Of a DNA stretch of 64,000 bases, positions 19,366 to 27,646 are shown one piece after another (the first letter of the stretch is position 1; the number at the start of each line of letters is the position of its first letter). Below the pieces are notes generated by a model, which saw only the letters and a list, made by a program, of their open reading frames with translations, did no database searches and was not told the DNA's origin. The DNA is taken from positions 356,368-420,367 of the forward strand of contig CP060233.1 in NCBI GenBank assembly GCA_023898665.1, written 5' to 3'. Origin of the DNA: Candidatus Nomurabacteria bacterium. Lineage in GTDB: Bacteria > Patescibacteriota > Saccharimonadia > Saccharimonadales > HK-STAS-PATE-42. Position numbers and translations under genes: made by a program.

Positions 19366-20037
19366 ATGGATTTGAATCAACTTGTTACTACAGTAGGTTT
19401 GCTCGGAATTTGGCTGATTTTATTTGCAGAATCTGGTCTTCTTTTTGGTTTTTTCTTGCCTGGGGATAGTTTGCTTCTTACTGCTGGGATTTTAGCTGCG
19501 GGAGGTAACTATTTTGGTATCATTCCTCTTTTAATAGTTTGTATATCGGCAGCAATTTTAGGTGATAGCGCAGGCTACGCTATTGGTGCTACAACTGGAA
19601 AAAAGATTAAAAATAATAAAAATAGCTTTATTGTTAAAATGGGCTATCTAAATGAGGCTGAAAAGTTTTATAACAAACATGGAGGCAAAACTATTGTTTT
19701 TGCAAGATTTGTGCCTGCGGTAAGGAGTTTCGTACCAATGGTTGCGGGTATGAGCAATATGCACTATTTAAGCTTTATTAAGTTTAATGTGATTGGTGGT
19801 ATTTTATGGGGTGGTGGTGTAACTCTAATTGGATACTACTTTGGTAAAATTGATTGGGTACGCCGCTACTTTGAGTTAATTATTATTGGTATTATCCTAG
19901 CCTCTCTTATACCTGGCTTGTGGCATGTGGCGAGTACAAGAGAAAAACGTGCCAGACTAAAAACTAATATTTTAGCTGCCAAAAAGAGCTTAAAAGAGCA
20001 CAGAATGAATAAAAAAGCTACTAAGAATAAGAAGTAA
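19366..20037 (+). CDS. DedA/SNARE-associated family membrane protein
   Basis: ESGLLFGFFLPGDSLL and ARFVPAVRSFVP motifs are typical of DedA. The ATG at 19366 is preferred over the tracked 19324, because TGtTAGAAT (19347-19355) lies 10 nt upstream. Confidence 0.85.
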   Translation: MDLNQLVTTVGLLGIWLILFAESGLLFGFFLPGDSLLLTAGILAAGGNYFGIIPLLIVCISAAILGDSAGYAIGATTGKKIKNNKNSFIVKMGYLNEAEKFYNKHGGKTIVFARFVPAVRSFVPMVAGMSNMHYLSFIKFNVIGGILWGGGVTLIGYYFGKIDWVRRYFELIIIGIILASLIPGLWHVASTREKRARLKTNILAAKKSLKEHRMNKKATKNKK

Positions 20038-20048
20038 TCTAAAAAATT

Positions 20049-20627
20049 ATGAAAGCTACAACGATAAAAAAGAAGGTAAAACCGACTAAGCTACTTTGGA
20101 TAGATCTAGAGATGACCGGTCTTGATACTGATACTGAGGTAATTACAGAAGTTGCTGCTTTAGTTTCTGACTTTAAGCTTAAAATTGAAGAAGAGTATGA
20201 AGCTGTTGTGCATTACTCAGAAGATGAGCTTCAAAAAAGATTTGATGCTGAAGAACAGGGTTTTTGGAACTCGATGCCAGAAGAACGAGATAAACTTAAA
20301 AAAGCATGCGCTAAGTCTAAAAAAAGTCTTAAAGAGATCGAAAAGGAGCTAATTAAGATTTGTAAAAAAAGCTTCCCTAAAGAAGAAAAGATTATTTTAG
20401 CGGGTAATTCTATCAGGGCAGATCGTGAATTTATTGAGAAATATATGCCAGATCTAACTTCTCTGCTCCACTACCGTATGTTTGATGTAACTGGGCTTAA
20501 AATTTGGATCGAAGGTAATGGCCATGAAGGGCGCAAAAAAGAAGAGCGTCATCGAGCGCTTTACGACATCCACGAGAGCATGGCTGAGCTTAAATATTAC
20601 CTTGAGAAGGGCTGGATGAGGCTCTAG
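20049..20627 (+). CDS. orn: oligoribonuclease (DEDDh 3'-5' exonuclease)
   Basis: LLWIDLEMTGLD (ExoI), GNSIRADREFI (ExoII) and HRALYDIHESMAELKYY (ExoIII). Confidence 0.9.
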   Translation: MKATTIKKKVKPTKLLWIDLEMTGLDTDTEVITEVAALVSDFKLKIEEEYEAVVHYSEDELQKRFDAEEQGFWNSMPEERDKLKKACAKSKKSLKEIEKELIKICKKSFPKEEKIILAGNSIRADREFIEKYMPDLTSLLHYRMFDVTGLKIWIEGNGHEGRKKEERHRALYDIHESMAELKYYLEKGWMRL

Positions 20628-20635
20628 TATTTTAA

Positions 20636-20990
20636 CTTGTAGCACTTAGGCTAAGCATAGTCCCTGCAGCATGTGTTAAAAGATTGGCGGCACACCCCAT
20701 GTGCTCAGGTGGTATTGTGTGCGTTCTTGATGTCGCGACTACTTTTTGTCGTGTGGCACTTCTAGTGATTTGTATTGGGCAATTTGGGCAGCTCTCGTCT
20801 GTTTTTTTAATTTCTGCAATTTGGACAGATGGTGTCCATAGCTCTACTACCCCGCTCTTATGGAACAGCTCCCAAGCTAGACTGAGGCACTCAAGGGTTC
20901 TGGAAAGTTCGTAGACACTAACGACTTGGTCGCCTTCGCCTAAGTCTGTGACAATACGGACTTCCCCAAGGCTAGGTCTTCTCATATTGT
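20636..20990 (-). ncRNA. rnpB: RNase P RNA (bacterial), ends approximate
   Basis: Minus-strand matches to conserved RNase P blocks:
- GGGGAAGUCCG (20967-20957; P4 5' strand, consensus GAGGAAAGUCC).
- AUAAGAGCGGGG (20861-20850; consensus GUAAGAGC).
- AAGUGCCACACGAC (20761-20748; compare B. subtilis AAGUGCCACAGUGAC).
- UGCCGCC (20692-20686).
- GGGACUAUGCUUAG (20664-20651; P4 3' strand, GGACU pairs with AGUCC).
The stretch is a locally GC-rich island. Its promoter is TTGACT-18-TAGAAT (21024-20995). Confidence 0.7.
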
Positions 20991-20994
20991 TATT

Positions 20995-21024
20995 ATTCTA
21001 ACATAGAACAATGATGCAAGTCAA
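20995..21024 (-). promoter_or_regulatory. sigma70-type promoter of the RNase P RNA
   Basis: Read on the minus strand: TTGACT (21024-21019), an 18-nt spacer, then TAGAAT (21000-20995). Confidence 0.5.
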
Positions 21025-21067
21025 TGTTTTTGTTGCATTTTATAGGCTTTGGTAAAATTAGAGGTAA

Positions 21068-21400
21068 ATGACTCATGGGCAAGAAATTCGTGATTATCTA
21101 CTAGCTAAACCAAATGCTTGGCTTGACTTCCCTTTTGGTCCAGAAGCCGAAGTTTACAAAGTTGGCGAGGGTGATAAAGCTAAGATGTTTGCAATAATAC
21201 AATCTGGTAAAGATCCTGTTAACTTAAGTTTAAAGTGTGATCCTAACCTGGCTGAGCACTTAAGAGAGAAGTTTATAACGGTGATGCCTGGCTATCACTT
21301 AAATAAGAAGCACTGGAATACTATTGTCTGTTCTGGAGAGGTCTCTGAGCAGGATTTAAAAGATTTAATTGATCTAAGCTATAGATTAGTCACTGAATAA
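21068..21400 (+). CDS. MmcQ/YjbR family DNA-binding protein
   Basis: 110 aa. The blocks FPFGPE..VYKV, NLSLKCDP and GYHLNKKHWNTI are typical of the YjbR fold family. Confidence 0.7.
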   Translation: MTHGQEIRDYLLAKPNAWLDFPFGPEAEVYKVGEGDKAKMFAIIQSGKDPVNLSLKCDPNLAEHLREKFITVMPGYHLNKKHWNTIVCSGEVSEQDLKDLIDLSYRLVTE

Positions 21401-21405
21401 AATTA

Positions 21406-21434
21406 TTGGACAATTATATCTTTTTTGGTATAAT
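21406..21434 (+). promoter_or_regulatory. strong sigma70-type promoter of the rplJL leader
   Basis: TTGGAC (21406-21411), a 17-nt spacer, then TATAAT (21429-21434). Confidence 0.65.
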
Positions 21435-21440
21435 TTGTAC

Positions 21441-21743
21441 CTAGGTTTTGCCCAAAGACAGTAGCCAGAGCAAGTTAATAAATTTTTTTATAACAGCTTA
21501 AGAAGTACTACCGAGGGTCTGAAATTAAAAATGTTTGTATAAAAATTAGTAGCACAAGTTGTTTGACTAGTTCTGCTATAATAAAAATGAACAAACTTTT
21601 TAAATAAGGTTTTTCAGATTCAAAAGAGTCATTGGCATTTGCGAGAGCCAACGACTCTTTTTAATTTAACAAAATCCTGCGCACTACTCTTTTTAAAAGA
21701 AAAGGGTCGGCTAGTGTTTAAAAAAATAAAGGTATAAAGTTTT
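21441..21743 (+). promoter_or_regulatory. ~300-nt rplJ 5' leader (candidate L10/L12 autoregulatory leader)
   Basis: A long untranslated stretch lies between a consensus promoter and the rplJ ATG. It contains an intrinsic terminator about 80 nt before the start codon. Confidence 0.5.
21622..21667 (+). terminator. intrinsic terminator/attenuator inside the rplJ leader
   Basis: A 14-position stem AAAGAGTCATTGGC / GCCAACGACTCTTT with 13 pairs and one A-C mismatch. The loop is 10 nt and the stem is followed by TTTTTAATTT. Confidence 0.65.
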
Positions 21744-22265
21744 ATGGCTTTAACAAAAGAACAAAAAGATGCGGTTGTTGCTGAAGTTACAGAACTTCTT
21801 ACGACTAGTAAGATGACTGTAATCTGTGAGTACCAAGGGATGAGCGTTGCTCAGGCTCAAGAACTCCGCAGAAATGCATTACAAAATGGTAGCAGCGTAA
21901 AAGTTGTTAAGAATCGTCTTTTAAGGCATGCGGCTTCTAAAATTGAATCTTTAAAAGATCTTGATTTAAGTGGTCATGCTGGTCAGCTAATGTACATCTT
22001 CAATCCTGAAGATGAAGTAGCAGCAGCTAAGCTTGCCAATGAATTCGCTAAAAAGAACCCCGAGCTTAAACTCGTGGCTGCATTTAGTGATGAAGGCGTT
22101 CTTATGGACGAAGCTGGGGCTAAGGCTCTTGCTGCTCTACCAAATAGACAAGAAATGCTTGCCACTCTAATCAATACTCTTAAGGCTCCGGCTAGAGGTG
22201 TGGTTAGTGGTCTTTCTGGTAACTTGGGCGGGTTAGTCCAGGCACTTGAAGCTAAAGCAAATTAA
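21744..22265 (+). CDS. rplJ: 50S ribosomal protein L10
   Basis: 173 aa. It shows a typical L10 N-terminus and the NTLKAP..V segment, and it directly precedes L7/L12. Confidence 0.95.
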   Translation: MALTKEQKDAVVAEVTELLTTSKMTVICEYQGMSVAQAQELRRNALQNGSSVKVVKNRLLRHAASKIESLKDLDLSGHAGQLMYIFNPEDEVAAAKLANEFAKKNPELKLVAAFSDEGVLMDEAGAKALAALPNRQEMLATLINTLKAPARGVVSGLSGNLGGLVQALEAKAN

Positions 22266-22298
22266 GTAAATAAATAACTTAAGGAATTAAATAATAAT

Positions 22299-22685
22299 AT
22301 GGCAGATGTTAAAAAATTAGCAGATGAGCTTGTTAAGCTTACTGTTTTAGAAGTAAAAGAATTAAGTGACATCTTAAAAGATGAATACGGTATTGAGCCT
22401 GCTGCAGCTGCTGTTGCAGTTGCTGGGGCTGCTCCTACAGCTGGTGGTGATGAAGCTGGTGGTGATGAAGCTAAGAGTGACTTTACTGTTATGTTAAAAG
22501 ATGCTGGCGCTCAAAAGGTTGCAGTTATCAAAGCAGTTAAAGAAGCTACTGGTTTAGGTCTCGGTGAGGCTAAGGCTATCGTAGATGAGGCTCCTAAGGC
22601 CGTCAAAGAAGGCGTACCAAAGGAAGAAGCTGAGGCTATGAAGAAGGCTCTAGAAGAAGCTGGTGCTACTGTTGAGCTAGTTTAG
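22299..22685 (+). CDS. rplL: 50S ribosomal protein L7/L12
   Basis: Conserved C-terminal domain [33 protein letters not shown] and an Ala-rich hinge. Confidence 0.95.
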   Translation: MADVKKLADELVKLTVLEVKELSDILKDEYGIEPAAAAVAVAGAAPTAGGDEAGGDEAKSDFTVMLKDAGAQKVAVIKAVKEATGLGLGEAKAIVDEAPKAVKEGVPKEEAEAMKKALEEAGATVELV

Positions 22686-22707
22686 TTCTTACTAAATTAC
22701 TTAAACT

Positions 22708-22740
22708 AAAAGATCCTAGATTTTGTCTGGGATCTTTTTT
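22708..22740 (+). terminator. intrinsic terminator after rplL
   Basis: Stem AGATCCTAG / CTGGGATCT (9 bp including one G-U pair), loop ATTTTGT, followed by T6. Confidence 0.7.
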
Positions 22741-22756
22741 GGTTATAATTAAGCTT

Positions 22757-23233
22757 ATGATTGATGTTTTAATGGTTGGTTTTGCTGTAATGTATGCTCT
22801 GAGCGCTTATCTCAGAAAGAGTACAATCGGCGGGGCTGTCTTTGGTCTATATGCTGGTTTATTCTTTAATACCCAGTATAACTCTAGCTTTGTTACTTGG
22901 ATATCACGTCATGGTGTTGAGGGTGACGCTAGTTTTTTAAATGCTGCCGTGGCTCTTTTCTTTATACTCTTCCCTACTATCTTAGCTTTACTTAATTTTA
23001 GGAGCTCTCGAGGTCATTTAGTCCTGAGATTAGGGCTATCAATTCTCTTAGGTGTATTAACGGGTTATTATGTAGGTATTGTCTTGGGATCCACAAGCAG
23101 TCTGAATGGTTTATCCACTGGTCCGATTTATGATTTTGTAGAGAGTTTTATAACACCAATAGGTGTAGTTGCTATGGGGCTAGGAATGGCAGATATAGTA
23201 ATGGGTAAGAGTAAGAAAGCTAAGGAAGAATAA
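22757..23233 (+). CDS. hypothetical integral membrane protein (about 5 TM helices)
   Basis: Hydrophobic ORF. The ATG at 22757 is preferred over the tracked 22739, because TATAAT (22744-22749) lies 7 nt upstream (leaderless). Confidence 0.6.
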   Translation: MIDVLMVGFAVMYALSAYLRKSTIGGAVFGLYAGLFFNTQYNSSFVTWISRHGVEGDASFLNAAVALFFILFPTILALLNFRSSRGHLVLRLGLSILLGVLTGYYVGIVLGSTSSLNGLSTGPIYDFVESFITPIGVVAMGLGMADIVMGKSKKAKEE

Positions 23234-23315
23234 ACTTAAGCGTCTTGATTTTAAACTGTAAAGGGTGTATCTTTTAAGTAGGTATTAGTTTAGGTGCAAG
23301 ACACCAGGATTTAGA

Positions 23316-23840
23316 ATGAAAAACAAAAAGCTCAAAAAAAATAAATCTAGAAATAAATTGGTTGCGACAATTGTTGTAGCTTTACTCCTTTGTGCTACTA
23401 TAGCGTACGTGACATTCTTTAGGGATAACTCATCTGAGGTAAGTCAGCAGGAGCAACAAACTGCTGAGCAAGCCGACGTAGATTCTGCTAAGCAACGGGT
23501 TGAGGAAGAATCTCAAAACGAACCACTTAAGGATAACGAACAATCCGCTGAGGATAACTCCACTACTCAATCTGCTGAGCCAATAATGTTAAGCAATTTA
23601 AGCTTTAGTCAGTCGGATGGGATGGTTAGGGCAAGCGTTGAGGTTTCTGGCATGACTTCTGGTGATTGTAGCTTTATATTCACCGATAGTGACGGGCGTG
23701 CTATTACTAAGGCTGCTCAAGTATCTGCTGGCAAATGCTCGCTCAGTGCTCCAGAAGTGGAATTTACCAATATCGGTCAATACTCTTTAGTAGCTAAGGT
23801 TAAAGATAAATCTATATCAAAGACTATTAATATTGATTAA
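23316..23840 (+). CDS. hypothetical membrane-anchored/secreted protein
   Basis: Basic N-terminus plus a TM/signal helix (LVATIVVALLLCATIAYV), an acidic Gln/Glu-rich linker, and a Cys-containing beta-rich C-terminal domain. Confidence 0.55.
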   Translation: MKNKKLKKNKSRNKLVATIVVALLLCATIAYVTFFRDNSSEVSQQEQQTAEQADVDSAKQRVEEESQNEPLKDNEQSAEDNSTTQSAEPIMLSNLSFSQSDGMVRASVEVSGMTSGDCSFIFTDSDGRAITKAAQVSAGKCSLSAPEVEFTNIGQYSLVAKVKDKSISKTINID

Positions 23841-23847
23841 AATAACT

Positions 23848-26697
23848 ATGGATATTAGAAGAAAGAGACTTAGTTTTGGAGGTATAACGTTATTTGTTGT
23901 CCTTTTATTAAGTGTTTTTAATTTTTCTCCAAAAACAAATGCTTTAAGTGGGTCTGAGTTTAACGCCGGGAGAATCATTGACGATGCAGTTTTCTTCAAT
24001 TCTAACTCGATGAGTGTGGCAGAGATTCAAAGCTTTTTGAATAATAAAGTTACTTGTGACACTAACGGTTCTAAAATGACCGGGGGTATAACTAGGGCTC
24101 AGTACGCTGCTCAAAGAGGTTGGCCAACTGTCTTTACTTGTTTACCTCAGTATAGGGAGAACCCTTCCACACACGAAAATAATATTGGTAACCCAAATTA
24201 CAACCCACCAGGTTCTCATAGCGCTGCTCAGATTATTTATAATGTTAGCTCAGATTGGGGAGTAAGCTCAAAAGCTCTAATCGTACTACTTCAAAAAGAA
24301 CAAGGGTTAGTTACTGATGAGTGGCCAGTACCTCGACAATATCAAATAGCTACTGGTTATGGTTGCCCTGACACCGCACCGTGCGATGAACAGTATTATG
24401 GATTTGTAAATCAATTGACTAAGGCAGCATATCAATTCAAAAGATATGTTCAGAATTCGTCTGGGTATAGATACAGGGCTGGTCAAGTTAACTCGATTTA
24501 CTGGTCCCCAACTACTTCTTGTGGTGCCAGCAATGTATATATTGAAAATGGCGCTACGGCAGCGCTATATAACTACACACCATATAGACCAAATCAAGCT
24601 GCATTGAATAATTTATATGGCACGGGAGATGGGTGCTCAGCTTACGGAAATAGAAACTTCTGGAGATATTTTAGAGACTGGTTCGGGACTGTAAGTGCCG
24701 ATCCTTCACTCTATAGCGCAGTAGTAAAGGATGTCCGAGATGGTAAGATATATTTGGCCACTTATTCAAGGTTGCATTATATACCGTCACAAGAAATCGC
24801 AGATGCATGGGGGATAGATTTGGATTCTGCCCAAGAGCCACCTTTAACTTACTTTGCAAGTCGGTCTGTCGGACCTAATATAGTTAACTTGGCTAAAGAC
24901 CGATTTGGGAATGTTTTTGTGATGGATGGAGGTGAGCGACATTATGTACAAACCTCGGGAGTGGCTGCATTATGGGGTTTAAATATCCAGGACTCTATAC
25001 AAGCTGATGGATTTATTAATTCTGCTAGAGATGGGAGATGGCTCTCTAAATGTGTTGGTGTAATCGGGGGCTCTGATGGTTGGATTGGGGATACGAATGT
25101 CCGCCACTTGATTGGTTCCTCAGTAGCAAAAGCTTGGGGGTGTAATTCTGCTACTGGCATGTACGCATCGACATCTTTTGTTGAGCGTTTGCAACCCGGC
25201 GGAGCACCAGGTAGGTTCGTGCAATTTCAAGGCAAGCGTTATCTTGTGGAGGCTGGTTCGTTGTGGTCTTCAAGTGACAATAATGTAGTCTCTTGGTATA
25301 ACGCAAGTGGTGATAGCTACTTCAACTGTAGTCTTGATTTGTGCTCAACCTTGCCAAAAAAAGATTTAAACTGGTTAGCTGAGGATATTAGCACTGGGAG
25401 GTGGTATGTAATCGAGGCTGGTAAAAAGCGTTATGTTAAAAACGGCAAAATAGCAAAAGCTTGGGGATTTGAGAATTTTAGTCCTAGATCTCTGCTTAGT
25501 AATGACTTGCTAGATACTTTAGCTAATGGAGCTGATTTAGGATTGTCTGCAAGATCTACTGCACCGGTTAGGTATTATATTTTGGGCGGGGATACAAAGC
25601 ACTACATCCCTAATCAGACCGCTATTGATGAATGGGTTCCAGAAGGCGAAGCTATAGATTCTATAGATGTTGCGGTGTTAAATAAGTATGTCGATGGAGA
25701 TTCATTAAGCTCGCCTGTCTCTAAAGACACGAACGGTCAGTACTACATTCTACAGGGAGGGGTTAAATACCCAATTGAATCTAGAAAAGTAAGTTCTTGG
25801 TCAGATAATCCTATTAATGTCGCTACAAAGCAAGTAGAGAGTATGGATACTGGAATTAGTATTGGAAACATAGTCTATTATGACGTAGGTGGGCAAAGAC
25901 AGTATTTTGCAGTAATTGATAAAAAAAGGTATCAGGCAAACTATAATCAAGTAAAGAATAGTTGGGCTCTGGATCAAGCCATAAGAGCTAAGCCTTCTAG
26001 CCTAGATCGGTATGCACTCCAATCTGCACCTCTTAGCCCTTTAGTGCGATTATCTGGTAAAGTCTATAGCCTATCTAATCTAAAGAAGAAGGAGCTAAAC
26101 CAGTACATCTTAAATAGAATAGACTCATCAAAAATACTCGATTTGAGTAGTGATGTGTTTGACAATAGTACATTACCTCAAGGGTCATCTTATTTATTGA
26201 AAGACAATGGAAGTAGCAATATTTGGCTAGTATCTACTAAAGGTAAGGTTTTACTTACAAGTACTGCTCAAGCACTTAATCTAGGATATATATCAATGGG
26301 TCAAGAGTTTAACCAATTAGATATAGAGACTATAAATTTAATTCCAAATGATAACACCGTTCCATCATTAGTAGTTAGATCACCAAGTGGTTCGATGAAG
26401 CTAGTAAGTTTTGGTGGTGGGTTAGGATTTGGAGATGCGGACACTGCACTTGCCTATATTGGAGTGTCTGGTAGCGTAGTGGATGTTTCACAAAGTATAT
26501 TTGATTCATACGGTTTCCCTCGTAATGCAACAAGACTTATACGAGATGATGCAGGAAAAGTATATTGGCTTGAGGGTGGTAAAAAGCGATGGATATTGAA
26601 TGGTGGTCTACTTGGAACGAGGTTTAACGGCATAACACAAACTTACTTACATAGTACAGTTATGACTTTGATACCTGATGGAACTGTATTAAATTAA
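23848..26697 (+). CDS. large secreted protein: N-terminal Cys-containing globular domain plus about 10-12 degenerate ~55-aa repeats
   Basis: Signal peptide MDIRRKRLSFGGITLFVVLLLSVFNFSPKTNA. The repeat core is G(G)K(K)R[YHW][IV] followed by AWG. Examples are RWYVIEAGKKRYVKNGKIAKAWG and KVYWLEGGKKRWILNGG. The tracked start at 23833 overlaps the upstream gene. Confidence 0.75.
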   Translation: MDIRRKRLSFGGITLFVVLLLSVFNFSPKTNALSGSEFNAGRIIDDAVFFNSNSMSVAEIQSFLNNKVTCDTNGSKMTGGITRAQYAAQRGWPTVFTCLPQYRENPSTHENNIGNPNYNPPGSHSAAQIIYNVSSDWGVSSKALIVLLQKEQGLVTDEWPVPRQYQIATGYGCPDTAPCDEQYYGFVNQLTKAAYQFKRYVQNSSGYRYRAGQVNSIYWSPTTSCGASNVYIENGATAALYNYTPYRPNQAALNNLYGTGDGCSAYGNRNFWRYFRDWFGTVSADPSLYSAVVKDVRDGKIYLATYSRLHYIPSQEIADAWGIDLDSAQEPPLTYFASRSVGPNIVNLAKDRFGNVFVMDGGERHYVQTSGVAALWGLNIQDSIQADGFINSARDGRWLSKCVGVIGGSDGWIGDTNVRHLIGSSVAKAWGCNSATGMYASTSFVERLQPGGAPGRFVQFQGKRYLVEAGSLWSSSDNNVVSWYNASGDSYFNCSLDLCSTLPKKDLNWLAEDISTGRWYVIEAGKKRYVKNGKIAKAWGFENFSPRSLLSNDLLDTLANGADLGLSARSTAPVRYYILGGDTKHYIPNQTAIDEWVPEGEAIDSIDVAVLNKYVDGDSLSSPVSKDTNGQYYILQGGVKYPIESRKVSSWSDNPINVATKQVESMDTGISIGNIVYYDVGGQRQYFAVIDKKRYQANYNQVKNSWALDQAIRAKPSSLDRYALQSAPLSPLVRLSGKVYSLSNLKKKELNQYILNRIDSSKILDLSSDVFDNSTLPQGSSYLLKDNGSSNIWLVSTKGKVLLTSTAQALNLGYISMGQEFNQLDIETINLIPNDNTVPSLVVRSPSGSMKLVSFGGGLGFGDADTALAYIGVSGSVVDVSQSIFDSYGFPRNATRLIRDDAGKVYWLEGGKKRWILNGGLLGTRFNGITQTYLHSTVMTLIPDGTVLN

Positions 26698-26714
26698 AAG
26701 AGAAGATCTAGGCC

Positions 26715-27641
26715 TTACTCCCCTACTTTTCTGAGTTTTATGTAGAACTCATAATTCTCTTTACCTGGTAGCGCTTTTTCTTTTAGGATGTACTTCCATT
26801 TCTTTTTTGTTGAGTTAATATATTTTATTACTTTATTAAACTCGTGCTCGTTCCATACATGATAATGCATTGAATGCTGATCATCTGTAATACTCTTGAT
26901 TGCTAGATCATATACCTTTTTTAAGTCTTTTATTTTATTTGTGTGGGCGTAAAATTCGACTACATGAAGGGCGTCTCTATACCTAGAAGGACTTTTATTA
27001 TCTTCTACCAAGTGTTCAAGCTGTGTCGCGGGCCTTGTTTTATCTAAGGTCCTTTCTCGTTTCGGTACAATTAACACTAGCTCCCCGCCTTTTTTGAGTT
27101 TATCCCAGGCTGTATTCATTGCCCCTATAGGATCTCTGACGTGTTCAATTACATGTGATGCGATTATAAAGTCTAGGCTCGAGTTCTTAATGCCCTCCAT
27201 TTTGTCAAAATTAGTATGTATATCAGTGGGAACATATTCAAATAAGCTGGTTGAGTAGAGTTCAGATTCAAGCTGTTCCTTATTGAAGAGGTCGGCGTAT
27301 AATATTTTAGTGCCTAATGGAATTGGCAGAGGGTTTGCTGCTGCTCCAAACTCTACTCCTTTGCCAGTTAGCCCTTGAGTAATAAATTGACGCATGAAGT
27401 TCATGTCTCTGTTCATTTTTTTCATTTTAGGATCCAAAATGATTGGAGTTGGCGCTCCATAAGGATAATTTAAGGCTTCTTGTTCAGTGATCTCCTGAAT
27501 ATCTTCGGGCCATCTATAACCTGGTTTATTTCCTAGAGTCGAAAGGATATTAATGTCTCGTAACCATCTACGCCTACCTTGGTCAATTAAGTAAACCTTA
27601 CCGGCCAGCATCCCCTTACCATTCTTAACTCTGACTAGCAT
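26715..27641 (-). CDS. class I SAM-dependent methyltransferase with an N-terminal module resembling the neighbouring repeat protein
   Basis: The Methyltransf_11/23-like block is LDFIIASHVIEHVRDP..LKKGGELVLIVP. The N-terminus is GKVYLIDQGRRRWLRD. Confidence 0.75.
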   Translation of the reverse strand: MLVRVKNGKGMLAGKVYLIDQGRRRWLRDINILSTLGNKPGYRWPEDIQEITEQEALNYPYGAPTPIILDPKMKKMNRDMNFMRQFITQGLTGKGVEFGAAANPLPIPLGTKILYADLFNKEQLESELYSTSLFEYVPTDIHTNFDKMEGIKNSSLDFIIASHVIEHVRDPIGAMNTAWDKLKKGGELVLIVPKRERTLDKTRPATQLEHLVEDNKSPSRYRDALHVVEFYAHTNKIKDLKKVYDLAIKSITDDQHSMHYHVWNEHEFNKVIKYINSTKKKWKYILKEKALPGKENYEFYIKLRKVGE

Positions 27642-27646
27642 ATGTA

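Noticed and set aside
20632-20985. Tracked ORFs 20632..20985 (-) and 20684..20914 (+), considered as protein genes.
   Set aside because: The region carries the conserved RNase P RNA sequence blocks, and its GC richness fits a structured RNA. The translated products have no family features, and the two ORFs overlap each other antisense.
20636-20990. tmRNA as an alternative identity for the GC-rich RNA island.
   Set aside because: There is no tRNA-like 3' end (GGTTCGAATCC..CCA) and no plausible tag reading frame ending in a hydrophobic tail plus stop. The RNase P blocks fit better.
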